The notes beneath the pieces are model-generated. The model saw nothing but the letters and a program-made list of their open reading frames with translations. It was not told the origin of the DNA and searched no databases. The position numbers and the translations under genes were made by a program. From positions 1 through 64,000 of the forward strand of contig JBFLGF010000185.1 in the NCBI GenBank assembly GCA_050230475.1: a stretch of 64,000 nucleotides of DNA, given 5' to 3'. How positions within the stretch are numbered: the stretch's first letter is position 1; each line of letters begins with the position of its first letter. Source of the stretch: Ancylonema sp. Lineage: Eukaryota. Below are positions 38,356 to 51,595 of this stretch, one piece after another.

Positions 38356-41239
38356 GTAGTTGCGCCCAGGAGATATGTAACCTCATTGCCAGCCAATCCA
38401 GGTGTGCCACCTGGCATCCTCCGCATCATTCTCCTCCTGCCACTTATTGTCCTCCTGACCTTCCATTTCGGCCTATCCACCACAGTGCCACCTGTCCCAG
38501 ACCTGCTCCCATATTATAGGGACAACTCACCCACTCAATCCGGAAAGCCACCAGGTGGCAGAACACATGCGGCGCACTACAGTGTAGGTCCGCCAGGTGG
38601 CACCTTCTCCACCACCCCGCAAAAACGGGTGTCAGGCGACCAGCTACAGCTGGCAATGGAGCGCCCCAGACTTCGTCTCCTTTTCATAACGCTGGAGTAC
38701 AAGAGCGGAACTTTTTCGGGAAATGGGATCTACGCCATGTCGATGGTGCGGTCGCTGGCGTTGCTGGGTCACTCCTTATTTGTGATCAGGTGAATTCAAC
38801 ATACGCTGCACCGGAATTCTGTGGATCCAGCTCAGCAGCTTTCAACGTCATCTATCGGTTTACATGTGTACAGGTATATATATTTGTGTATATACTCCTT
38901 CACATATTCTCCTCTCTTTTCCTCTCTTCTCTCTTCTTTTATATTGTCTGATTATTTCGTGTGTATATCTATCTGTGTATGTATGTATGTATGTATATCT
39001 ATCTGTGTATATATTTGTTATTTATTTCTTCTTGTGCAATCGATCAGTTTGCGTTCTTTTGGGGATCAAATCGTTTTATACACACTTCTTCCTCTCCTCT
39101 CATTGGTTTGATCCCTCATCGACAACCTCAGCGCCACCCCAGCCTCCCCACCCGCCCCCACCCTCTCAAGAGTGGATGTGGAGACGAGCCTGGTCGAAAT
39201 TCCGGTCTCTGTTTGGGGCAGGCTCGACTGGAAGTGCGGATTCGAAGATTTTAGCAACGGGATTGATGACGCCACCGCACTTGCTGATGTGGCGGCTGGG
39301 TTGAGTCGCAGGTGAGGGGATGGAGGTGTTGCGCCTTTTGACAAAACGAATCTTCTAATCTTCTAGTCTTCTAGTAGATTCTTAGGAGAGGTAGAGAACA
39401 TAAGTGCATATGCACATGCATACACACATACATGAATACGGATGTACAAACATGAGATAAACATGATAACATACGTACTGACACACAACTGATATACAGA
39501 CATGCATGCATGCATTTACACACACATTTATACATACATACATGCATACATACATGCATACATACATGCGGACATGCTGGAACGAACTTATGTGCATACA
39601 CACACACACACACATATATATGTACATACACAATTCCATCCACACAACATACGCATCACATCCACGAGTCAAACCACATCCATGCATACACACACGCATG
39701 AGTGGGAGATGTGTGTTTTCCTCCAACTGCGTCTACTTTACGATACAAGCACGAACACATGTCACCTCCATACCGTTATTGTTTGGTTTCAAAGTGAGGA
39801 CCGTGAGGCGCACGTTGAGGAGGGGCGGGGGAAGTGTGTTCGATGCAGAGACGCGGAGTTTTTGGGGTCCAGTCAGGGATTAGGGTTCAGGATGAGAGAG
39901 GGAGTGAAAGCAAAGAGTCTGTTGCCACCGCTAAGGGAAGATATCCGCCAGCTGGCGTTGGTGCAGCAAGCTCAGGTGATGGCAGCAGACGGGTGCGTGG
40001 GTACTCAGAGCGGAGACTTTTGAAAAAGTGAAGGGTGGCGTAAACACAGGTTTTGTGCAGCAGCAGAGATCGTAAAATGATGATTCGTAAAATGAATATT
40101 CACCTTCGTGTAGGTGGGAGGGTAGAGCGAATCTGGAACACCAAAATCAAGAAAAGTGGAATGTCCACCCATTGTCATCCATGTCTTTGGTGCCTGCCAG
40201 CTCAGCGCCAGCTCAGCAGGAGCCAGGTGGCAGTCAGGGAGGCGTTACCTGACGTGTTGCGTCAGACTGAGCCCCGAGAAGAACGCTGCACTGTTTGCTG
40301 ACATCATCGAGGCCACAGCTCCCTTTTTGAGAGACCAAGGTATCATACCCCTCATATGCGCAGGGGCGGGGGGGAGGGGAGCACCCGGGTACCCGGGGGA
40401 GGTGATCAGGCGGGTGGTGGCAGCGGAGCCAGATAGTGAAGTCATCGAGGGGTTTATGGGGCCTGAGCGGATGGGGGAGGTGTATTCTAAGGTGGGGCTA
40501 CAAGGGGGCAGTGCGAAATTCTGATAACTAATAATCTTGTCAAATAATAATTATTTTTATTTTTATTTATTTTTAATTTGTCATTTTCCTTTTTTAAAAT
40601 TTTCGATTGTACACATTTTATTTTCTTTTTAAGTTTATTTTTTAAAGCCCTGGTTGAGCGGTGCAGGCTTTGTTCGAGAAATATGATGTGTCTGCAGGAA
40701 AAAAAAATGTTCGTCTCTCGTTTTTCCATCCATATTTTCAGAGTGAGAGGTACAGGGCTGAGAACACAATTTGAAGCAGAAATAATTGGAAAAATGCTTG
40801 GGCTCGTAGCGTAGAAAGTAAGGTGATGCAAGAGGGATTCCAATTGACTCAAAATATATCTTTCCCATGTGCGCAGACTCTGCTGAATATCCACCCCTGT
40901 TTATACGACGCCTACGGGATGACACTTGTGGAAGCAGCAGCATTTGCTGCGCCTTCATTGGTCAATGTTGGGACAGGTGGTGCAGTGGGAGCCACAGAAT
41001 TGCTCGATCCTTCACAAGGACTTGTTGTGGCGATGGATTTGGCACAGAGTATCGACGCCATCGCTGAGAAATTGATGGAGGTGCTCCGAAACAAAGAGCT
41101 TCTTCAGAGCATTGCTATGAAAGCCGCGCATAAAAGCGTTTCTTATAGCGAGGAGGCAAATGCGATTGCTTTGACAGAAATATTGGGGGAGGCCAGAGGC
41201 AGAATCGAATCGCCAGAAGCGAGGAGGAGTCACTCGTGA
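38356..41239 (+). pseudogene. GT4 (Glycos_transf_1)-type glycosyltransferase, chimeric A/B copy with a 240-bp in-frame deletion
   Basis: 5' part diverged from 44684+; from 39277 it matches 52823-54785. The segment equivalent to 45671-45910 is missing. Confidence 0.7.
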
Positions 41240-42153
41240 ATAGGGTCTGTGTCGAAATTAGGTGAGAAGGCAAAGGAAGAAGATGTGAGGGAGCTTTTGG
41301 CTCCTGAGCACTTAGACTCTGCTGTTGTTGCTTCGATGCATGCAAACGTTTCGTCTGAAGCTGTTGATAGAGATGAATCAAGGGAGTGAGTTTTGTAACA
41401 TTCGTTTTCTTGGCACCAGATGAGTGCAATTCTTGCTTGCCTCACTGAAATGGAGCTTAGCATGATACATTCGTCCATCGTTCCAAACATTGTTGTTCTG
41501 GGAGAGGATTGCGGTGGTGATTGGCAATGAGTTCCCGCTCGGTAATATGCAAGCATTGCAGGTATATCCTTATTTTCTTCAAAGAATATTCTCATTAGTG
41601 TACCAAAACGTATTTGTCGACTTTCCTTACGTGACATACAAGATGCATGCATGTCTTCTTTGTAACGGTCTACTTGAGCGATTACCCAGTGGAGGGTAAG
41701 AAAGTATGAAAATTCAAAAATGATCACAGCTTGAAAACACGCCCTCGGTTGTCTCACCAAATAGCATCATGTACACCGAAAGCAAGTATGACATGTAATC
41801 TGTCAACTGGCCAATTCAGTCACAACAACAGAAATCTTGCTGCAAACTGGCGACATTACCTCATACATACTCATACTCATACTCATACATACAGTGGTAT
41901 ACGATTGCTCCCACGACAATAATGTACACACAAGTAGGCGATTGGGCGCATAGGTAGATTGACGTACGAGGGGGGCTGTTGCCACCCAACATCACATTGC
42001 GTTTGCCACATTGCTTTCTCATCCATTTTAATATGCATTAAAACATATTTTCTATAACTATGCCTGCATTTACCAGAGTTGATTGAAGCTCTAGGTGGCA
42101 TCAGATGATATTGATAAAGCTTTAGGGCGGAGGGCATGCAAAGATTTGTCGAT

Positions 42154-43201
42154 CTAATTGCCTGTTGCTTCTCGCTGCAACTCCGTAAACCGCATGCTGA
42201 CGCGAGCGGTGTGTTTCAAAAACTTCTCCGCGCATCGTTTCACACAAGTCTCCTCAGTTTTGTCCAAACTTTTTTTCCGGAAGCCGTCTACACACTGTGT
42301 GAAGCATTTCTCTACCAAGAAATTGTACATTCGAAGCCTGTCCGACAGCAGAAGAAGACAATAGAAAAGGTGAGCCAGAAACAAGAAAGTGGAGGAGATG
42401 GCTGGAACGAAATTTACACATATCTGCTGTGATATTCTGAGAGAACTCAGCTGATTGCGATCGACATCTCTCGCAGCTGGACATGTTTGTACTCGTTCAG
42501 CTCTCGGTCATTAACCCGGTTACCCGGTTTCTGCTCCAGCTGGCCAGATTGACAGCCGACTGAAACAAGTCCTTTATTTGTCCAGAATTGAACCATCTTT
42601 GCAACACAGAGGTGACTTCAACGACAAAAGAAAGAGGCTGTAACAACTTTCTCAGCACGGATGGCCTCACTCTTTTTCAGCTGAGACGAATCCATTCAAT
42701 TCAAACTCCTCAGTGACACTCCGAAGACAATGCAGTGGAAGTGAGGGTGCAGTTCTTTTCGACTCCTCTCTCCTGCTCTACAGGCCTGACGTGATGAAAA
42801 ATTCCGTCACATCATAAGCTGATGAATTTTTCATTGGACACAAATGTGGTACACCGTTGATCGGATCGAAATGAAATGAAATGCGATTCGCAATTCGTTT
42901 TTTTTTACCTTGAGCCTGTATAATTTTCTCATCCCAACGAATTTTAGACTGTGCGTGTGAAAATGGACTCTTAAATGTATTTCCAGCGTAAATCCGGCTT
43001 TGAACGCTCCCTCAGAGTAAGGTATGCCAATATTCCAAACTTCTCCCCATCCCACTCCGGACCCGCTACAACAATTTCTTTGAAAGCGTCAGATTATTGT
43101 GCTTACCCGTCCCGCACTTGTGCCATCTCAAGCATTTGTGTCATGCGCTTCTGATCCTCTGGCGACATGCCCTCCATGTTAAAGTTATCCATGTCGGTCA
43201 T
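42154..43201 (-). CDS. TIM9: TIM9, version B (copy 1)
   Basis: Same two-exon structure and twin CX3C peptide as 35822-36850. Confidence 0.9.
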
Positions 43202-44683
43202 CTTGTCTCCCTAAATGATAGGATGGAGTTGAAACGTTGAAACGTCGAAACGAATGCTGGGATCGATGGGCACAAATTTCAAGAGCAGAAATATGGATGA
43301 TTCACTTGGCCCGACACTCGGTAAGCGAGGACCGACAGAAACACGCTCTGTTGCGTGCTGGTGATAACGAAGAAAGATGTATATGTGCAGTGCGCTTCCA
43401 AATTTCTGCGGCAACTTCTCCCCACCGACTCTCACAGAAATTCGTAAATCACGAGCAGGGATGTCTCGGTTTTCGTCTGCTCTCCTTTCTCCTGCCTGGC
43501 GGAACTTACAAGTGGAAACCTCACCTTCTTGACATTGTGCACTGTGCGTGCACAGCAACCCAATCCCCGTCGAGCTCGGCCTGGCAAAACTACTGCCAAA
43601 CAGACGGATCTTGCCAACCATTTTCAACGTCAAGAGTCGCTGCAGAGGGCCAGCCAAGACGGGCGGAAAGCTGCCAGCGGGCTGGGCGTCCGAATGTCGC
43701 GGACGCGCCATTCGGACTGTCTCGGACTCCGAGAGCCGTCCGATACATTGCGCCGTCCGCGCTATCATTTTGTCATTTTGCGGGCGGATTTTGTGGGTGA
43801 AGTGGTGGTGGTTACGGGTTACGGATACGCAGATGTTGTTTTCACAAAATTTGTTTGCGGAATCTGCGCAGTGTTCTGAATGTGCTGCTCAACTACTAGC
43901 GTCATAGAGTAGCGCATTGTTGCACGTCTCTCTGACTTTTCTGCAGCGGATGCTTCATACATTTTACGCGGTCCTGGATGACAGGTTATGCCCACAACTA
44001 TCCTCAAACCATCGGCACGCAGCAGTCAGTCACATAAAAAGTCAGTTTGCAAGGTCAGACTTGCAGTTCCAAGAAAAGTCATTTACTGATCTACACTTGA
44101 ATAATTCCCCATTGCATCAATCACACGGATTTTCCTTGCCCTGATCTGCCTAGAGGTTGCAAGGTCAAAGTCGCACTTCAAGTCAATAACCAAATAATTT
44201 ATTAGGGGCAGTTACTTTTACTCCCCTTAGGGGATAATTGCTGTCTCGTGTGATGCCTGCGTGTTGAGCTTCAGCTTAAGTAGACTACAGTCACATCTTC
44301 AACTTCAGACTGGCAGAACACCACGTCAGTCAAATTGGCGCGAACATCTGATAACTTCGGCTGATATGACGAAGTCATGGAGTGCATCTTGGTGAATTTT
44401 TTGATTGACAATTAGTTGCGCGCCACCCTCTACCCGCGCCGTATTCATGTACTTCATGACTGGTCGATTACTTCTTGCTATGGGCTCGAACATTCGCCAT
44501 AGGGTCATTGGGGTCATTTCGGACCCAAAAGATCGGTGCTGACCGCTAATCACGGAAGACTGGTTCAATAATGTGCTGAAATCTCGAATGCGGCAGAATG
44601 CCGACCTCTCCGTACATTGCCCTGGCAGAACGCAGGGGACTCCGCTGATCTTTGTACTCATTCTTCCCTCCCCCTGACTGCAG

Positions 44684-47122
44684 GTAGTTGCACCCAGGAG
44701 ACATCTAACCTCATTGCCAGCCAATCCTGGTGTGCCACCTGGCATCCTCCGCATCATTCTCCTCCTACCACTTGTTGTCCTCCTGACCTTCCATTTCGGC
44801 TTATCCACTACGGTGCCACCTGTCCCAGACCTGCTCCCATATTATAGGGACAACTCACCCGCTCAATCCGGAAAGGCACCAGGTGGCAGAACACATGCGG
44901 CACAATACAGTGTAGATCCGCCAGGTGGCACCTTCTCCATCACCCCGCAAAACCGGGTGCCAGGTGGCAGGCTGGAGCTGGCAATGGAGCACCCTAGACT
45001 TTGTCTCCTTTTCATAACGCTGGAGTACAAAAGCGGAACGTTTTCGGGAAATGGGATCTACGCCATGTCGATGGTGCGGTCGCTGGCGTCGCTGGGCCAC
45101 TCCTTATTTGTGATCAGGTGAATTCAGCATACGCTGCACTGCAGTTCCGTGAATCCAGCTCAGCAGCCTTCAACATCATCTATTGGTTTACATGTGTGTC
45201 CAGGTACATATATTTGTGTATATATTCCTTTACATGTTCTCCTCTCTTTTTCTCTCTTCTCTCTTTTAGATTTTCTGATTATTTCGTGTGTATATCTATC
45301 TGTGTATGTATGTTCCTTGGATTGTGATGCGCTTTGCCGCCGTGAATCATGCAAAGGGAGTCTGTTCAGGGGTTTGCGTGCCGTTATTCGTGATTTATTT
45401 CTACTTGTTCAATCGATCAGTTTGCACTCTTTTGGGGATCAAATCGTTTTATACACACTTCTTCCTCTCCTCTCATTGGTTTGATCCCTCATCGACACCC
45501 TCAGCGCCACCCCCCCCTCCGGATCCGATGACCCAGCCTCCCCACCCGCCCCCACCCTCTCAAGAATGGATGTTGAGACGAACTTGGTCGAAATTCCGAT
45601 CTCTGTTTGGGGCCGGCTTGACTGGAAGTGCGGATTCGAAGATTTTGGCAACGGGATTGATGACGCCACCTGTCAAGCCGTCAAAATATTCTCTCCCCAT
45701 TGGGTCCTGGCCGTCGATTGGTCTGCCATCGGGGTCTACAAGAACCTCTCACAACGTGCCAGGTGGCAGCAGGAGGAGAGAAGGGAGGGGATGCCTGCCC
45801 CCCCTCTGTTTGCCTACTTGAACTACCGTGTGTATACCCTCTCAGAGTACAGTGGGGGGGATGGGGAGAAGGAGCGTGAGTTCTATCGGGAGAGGGAAGG
45901 GGAAGCCATGGCACTTGCTGATGTGGCGGCTGGGTTGAGTCGCAGGTGAGGGGATGGAGGTGTTGCGCCTTTTGACAAAACGAATCTTCTAATCTTCTAG
46001 TCTTCTAGTAGATTCTTAGGAGAGGTAGAGAACATAAGTGCATATGCACATGCATACACACATACATGAATACGGATGTACAAACATGAGATAAACATGA
46101 TAACATACGTACTGACACACAACTGATATACAGACATGCATGCATGCATTTACACACACATTTATACATACATACATGCATACATACATGCATACATACA
46201 TGCGGACATGCTGGAACGAACTTATGTGCATACACACACACACACACATATATATGTACATACACAATTCCATCCACACAACATACGCATCACATCCACG
46301 AGTCAAACCACATCCATGCATACACACACGCATGAGTGGAGATGTGTGTTTTCCTCCAACTGCGTCTACTTTACGATACAAGCACGAACACATGTCACCT
46401 CCATACCGTTATTGTTTGGTTTCAAAGTGAGGACCGTGAGGCGCACGTTGAGGAGGGGCGGGGGAAGTGTGTTCGATGCAGAGACGCGGAGTTTTGGGGT
46501 CCAGTCAGGGATTAGGGTTCAGGATGAGAGAGGGAGTGAAAGCAAAGAGTCTGCTGCCACCGCTAAGGGAAGATATCCGCCAGCTGGCGTTGGTGCAGCA
46601 AGCTCAGGTGATGGCAGCAGACGGGTGCGTGGGTACTCAGAGCGGAGACTTTTGAAAAAGTGAAGGGTGGCGTAAACACAGGTTTTGTGCAGCAGCAGAG
46701 ATCGTAAAATGATGATTCGTAAAATGAATATTCACCTTCGTGTAGGTGGGAGGGTAGAGCGAATCTGGAACACCAAAATCAAGAAAAGTGGAATGTCCAC
46801 CCATTGTCATCCATGTCTTTGGTGCCTGCCAGCTCAGCGCCAGCTCAGCAGGAGCCAGGTGGCAGTCAGGGAGGCGTTACCTGACGTGTTGCGTCAGACT
46901 GAGCCCCGAGAAGAACGCTGCACTGTTTGCTGACATCATCGAGGCCACAGCTCCCTTTTTGAGAGACCAAGGTATCATACCCCTCATATGCGCAGGGGCG
47001 GGGGGGAGGGGAGCACCCGGGTACCCGGGGGAGGTGATCAGGCGGGTGGTGGCAGCGGAGCCAGATAGTGAAGTCATCGAGGGGTTTATGGGGCCTGAGC
47101 GGATGGGGGAGGTGTATTCTAA
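44684..47122 (+). pseudogene. GT4-type glycosyltransferase, version B copy lacking the last exon; 1-bp deletion at ~46493
   Basis: Cut by the junction at 47170. 'ggagttttgggg' here versus 'ggagtttttgggg' at ~39856 and ~53401. Confidence 0.7.
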
Positions 47123-47331
47123 GGTGGGGCTACAAGGGGGCAGTGCGAAATTCTGATAACTAATAATCTTTGGGGAGTTTCTGTTCTTATTTTTGTTTTT
47201 GGGGTGTTTTTTCCCCTTCCGGATCTCGTTGACAACTAATGTGGATTTTTATTTGGCTTTTGATTCCTTTTGGGAAAAAAAATAGGTTTTACAAATGTCC
47301 ATTAATTTTCGGATTTTATTCTGGGGTTCAG

Positions 47332-48301
47332 CACACCCTGGGGGGGGCTGCTTCGAAACTGTTTGGGATTGCGCTGCTGGCGTCGGGCCAGAGCTCCACC
47401 ATCACGGGGACGTACGCGGGTCAGTACGTCATGCAGGGCTTCCTCGAGCTGCACTACAAACCATGGCTGCGCAACCTAGTTACCCGCATGGTGGCCATTC
47501 TGCCCTCCCTGGCAGTGGCACTAGTGGGGGGGTCGAGGGGGGCAGGCCAGCTCATCATCATCTCCTCTGTATGGGAGCCCATCCCATCCCATCCCAACCC
47601 ATCTCTCTCCCGGACCTAGGATGATGTTTGGGTGTGTGTGTGGGGCGCAGATGATTCTTTCTTTTGAGCTGCCCTTTGCTCTTGTTCCGCTCCTTAAGTT
47701 CACGAGCAGTCCGATGAAGATGGGGCCGTACGTTAATGCGTGGAGGGTGAGGGTGGGGGAAGGGAAGGGAAGAGTGCATAAGACTAGTGATGCCCACTAT
47801 GTGATGTGCGTGGCGAATTGTGCATGTGGTGATGTGGGTGTGGCACTTGTGCTATTGTTGCAGTTGAGTTCGGTGTTGTGGGCGTTGGGTCTCTTCATTG
47901 TGAGTGTGAACGTTTTCTACATATGTGATTCCCTAGTGGCCTGGTTGTCAACGACCAACTGGCCCGTAGCCTACCTTATTCCCTTAGTAATCGTCACTAG
48001 CGCAACACTTTTGATGTACATAGGTGCAATTGTGTACTTAGCTGTGAGGCCGGATGTGGAAAATACGTTTGGCTTTGTGTATGAAGAAGCGAGGACTGGG
48101 GATGAGGATTCAAACCTTGGGACTCTGAATGGTAGTGTGAGGGAAATTGAGATAGGGTCTGTGTCGAAATTAGGTGAGAAGGCAAAGGAAGAAGATGTGA
48201 GGGAGCTTTTGGCTCCTGAGCACTTAGACTCTGCTGTTGTTGCTTCGATGCATGCAAACGTTTCGTCTGAAGCTGTTGATAGAGATGAATCAAGGGAGTG
48301 A
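47332..48301 (+). pseudogene. NRAMP: NRAMP version B, last three exons only
   Basis: [30 protein letters not shown] and last exon ending DESRE*; upstream exons absent. Confidence 0.8.
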
Positions 48302-49065
48302 GTTTTGTAACATTCGTTTTCTTGGCACCAGATGAGTGCAATTCTTGCTTGCCTCACTGAAATGGAGCTTAGCATGATACATTCGTCCATCGTTCCAAAC
48401 ATTGTTGTTCTGGGAGAGGATTGCGGTGGTGATTGGCAATGAGTTCCCGCTCGGTAATATGCAAGCATTGCAGGTATATCCTTATTTTCTTCAAAGAATA
48501 TTCTCATTAGTGTACCAAAACGTATTTGTCGACTTTCCTTACGTGACATACAAGATGCATGCATGTCTTCTTTGTAACGGTCTACTTGAGCGATTACCCA
48601 GTGGAGGGTAAGAAAGTATGAAAATTCAAAAATGATCACAGCTTGAAAACACGCCCTCGGTTGTCTCACCAAATAGCATCATGTACACCGAAAGCAAGTA
48701 TGACATGTAATCTGTCAACTGGCCAATTCAGTCACAACAACAGAAATCTTGCTGCAAACTGGCGACATTACCTCATACATACTCATACTCATACTCATAC
48801 ATACAGTGGTATACGATTGCTCCCACGACAATAATGTACACACAAGTAGGCGATTGGGCGCATAGGTAGATTGACGTACGAGGGGGGCTGTTGCCACCCA
48901 ACATCACATTGCGTTTGCCACATTGCTTTCTCATCCATTTTAATATGCATTAAAACATATTTTCTATAACTATGCCTGCATTTACCAGAGTTGATTGAAG
49001 CTCTAGGTGGCATCAGATGATATTGATAAAGCTTTAGGGCGGAGGGCATGCAAAGATTTGTCGAT

Positions 49066-50113
49066 CTAATTGCCTGTTGCTTCTCGCTGCAACTCCGTAA
49101 ACCGCATGCTGACGCGAGCGGTGTGTTTCAAAAACTTCTCCGCGCATCGTTTCACACAAGTCTCCTCAGTTTTGTCCAAACTTTTTTTCCGGAAGCCGTC
49201 TACACACTGTGTGAAGCATTTCTCTACCAAGAAATTGTACATTCGAAGCCTGTCCGACAGCAGAAGAAGACAATAGAAAAGGTGAGCCAGAAACAAGAAA
49301 GTGGAGGAGATGGCTGGAACGAAATTTACACATATCTGCTGTGATATTCTGAGAGAACTCAGCTGATTGCGATCGACATCTCTCGCAGCTGGACATGTTT
49401 GTACTCGTTCAGCTCTCGGTCATTAACCCGGTTACCCGGTTTCTGCTCCAGCTGGCCAGATTGACAGCCGACTGAAACAAGTCCTTTATTTGTCCAGAAT
49501 TGAACCATCTTTGCAACACAGAGGTGACTTCAACGACAAAAGAAAGAGGCTGTAACAACTTTCTCAGCACGGATGGCCTCACTCTTTTTCAGCTGAGACG
49601 AATCCATTCAATTCAAACTCCTCAGTGACACTCCGAAGACAATGCAGTGGAAGTGAGGGTGCAGTTCTTTTCGACTCCTCTCTCCTGCTCTACAGGCCTG
49701 ACGTGATGAAAAATTCCGTCACATCATAAGCTGATGAATTTTTCATTGGACACAAATGTGGTACACCGTTGATCGGATCGAAATGAAATGAAATGCGATT
49801 CGCAATTCGTTTTTTTTTACCTTGAGCCTGTATAATTTTCTCATCCCAACGAATTTTAGACTGTGCGTGTGAAAATGGACTCTTAAATGTATTTCCAGCG
49901 TAAATCCGGCTTTGAACGCTCCCTCAGAGTAAGGTATGCCAATATTCCAAACTTCTCCCCATCCCACTCCGGACCCGCTACAACAATTTCTTTGAAAGCG
50001 TCAGATTATTGTGCTTACCCGTCCCGCACTTGTGCCATCTCAAGCATTTGTGTCATGCGCTTCTGATCCTCTGGCGACATGCCCTCCATGTTAAAGTTAT
50101 CCATGTCGGTCAT
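49066..50113 (-). CDS. TIM9: TIM9, version B (copy 2)
   Basis: Matches 42154-43201 shifted by 6912. Confidence 0.9.
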
Positions 50114-51595
50114 CTTGTCTCCCTAAATGATAGGATGGAGTTGAAACGTTGAAACGTCGAAACGAATGCTGGGATCGATGGGCACAAATTTCAAGAGCAG
50201 AAATATGGATGATTCACTTGGCCCGACACTCGGTAAGCGAGGACCGACAGAAACACGCTCTGTTGCGTGCTGGTGATAACGAAGAAAGATGTATATGTGC
50301 AGTGCGCTTCCAAATTTCTGCGGCAACTTCTCCCCACCGACTCTCACAGAAATTCGTAAATCACGAGCAGGGATGTCTCGGTTTTCGTCTGCTCTCCTTT
50401 CTCCTGCCTGGCGGAACTTACAAGTGGAAACCTCACCTTCTTGACATTGTGCACTGTGCGTGCACAGCAACCCAATCCCCGTCGAGCTCGGCCTGGCAAA
50501 ACTACTGCCAAACAGACGGATCTTGCCAACCATTTTCAACGTCAAGAGTCGCTGCAGAGGGCCAGCCAAGACGGGCGGAAAGCTGCCAGCGGGCTGGGCG
50601 TCCGAATGTCGCGGACGCGCCATTCGGACTGTCTCGGACTCCGAGAGCCGTCCGATACATTGCGCCGTCCGCGCTATCATTTTGTCATTTTGCGGGCGGA
50701 TTTTGTGGGTGAAGTGGTGGTGGTTACGGGTTACGGATACGCAGATGTTGTTTTCACAAAATTTGTTTGCGGAATCTGCGCAGTGTTCTGAATGTGCTGC
50801 TCAACTACTAGCGTCATAGAGTAGCGCATTGTTGCACGTCTCTCTGACTTTTCTGCAGCGGATGCTTCATACATTTTACGCGGTCCTGGATGACAGGTTA
50901 TGCCCACAACTATCCTCAAACCATCGGCACGCAGCAGTCAGTCACATAAAAAGTCAGTTTGCAAGGTCAGACTTGCAGTTCCAAGAAAAGTCATTTACTG
51001 ATCTACACTTGAATAATTCCCCATTGCATCAATCACACGGATTTTCCTTGCCCTGATCTGCCTAGAGGTTGCAAGGTCAAAGTCGCACTTCAAGTCAATA
51101 ACCAAATAATTTATTAGGGGCAGTTACTTTTACTCCCCTTAGGGGATAATTGCTGTCTCGTGTGATGCCTGCGTGTTGAGCTTCAGCTTAAGTAGACTAC
51201 AGTCACATCTTCAACTTCAGACTGGCAGAACACCACGTCAGTCAAATTGGCGCGAACATCTGATAACTTCGGCTGATATGACGAAGTCATGGAGTGCATC
51301 TTGGTGAATTTTTTGATTGACAATTAGTTGCGCGCCACCCTCTACCCGCGCCGTATTCATGTACTTCATGACTGGTCGATTACTTCTTGCTATGGGCTCG
51401 AACATTCGCCATAGGGTCATTGGGGTCATTTCGGACCCAAAAGATCGGTGCTGACCGCTAATCACGGAAGACTGGTTCAATAATGTGCTGAAATCTCGAA
51501 TGCGGCAGAATGCCGACCTCTCCGTACATTGCCCTGGCAGAACGCAGGGGACTCCGCTGATCTTTGTACTCATTCTTCCCTCCCCCTGACTGCAG

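Larger units (their letters stand above)
41240..47170 (+). repeat. Near-identical direct duplicate of 48152-54082 (offset 6912): NRAMP last-exon tail, TIM9, most of GT
   Basis: Matching ORF sets offset by 6912. Abrupt junctions at 41239/41240 (GT stop to mid NRAMP exon) and 47170/47171 (GT intron to NRAMP intron). Confidence 0.92.

Noticed and set aside
38547..38561. CTCF-like site GCCACCAGGTGGCAG
   Set aside because: CTCF is animal-specific; the match is a by-product of the iterated palindrome.
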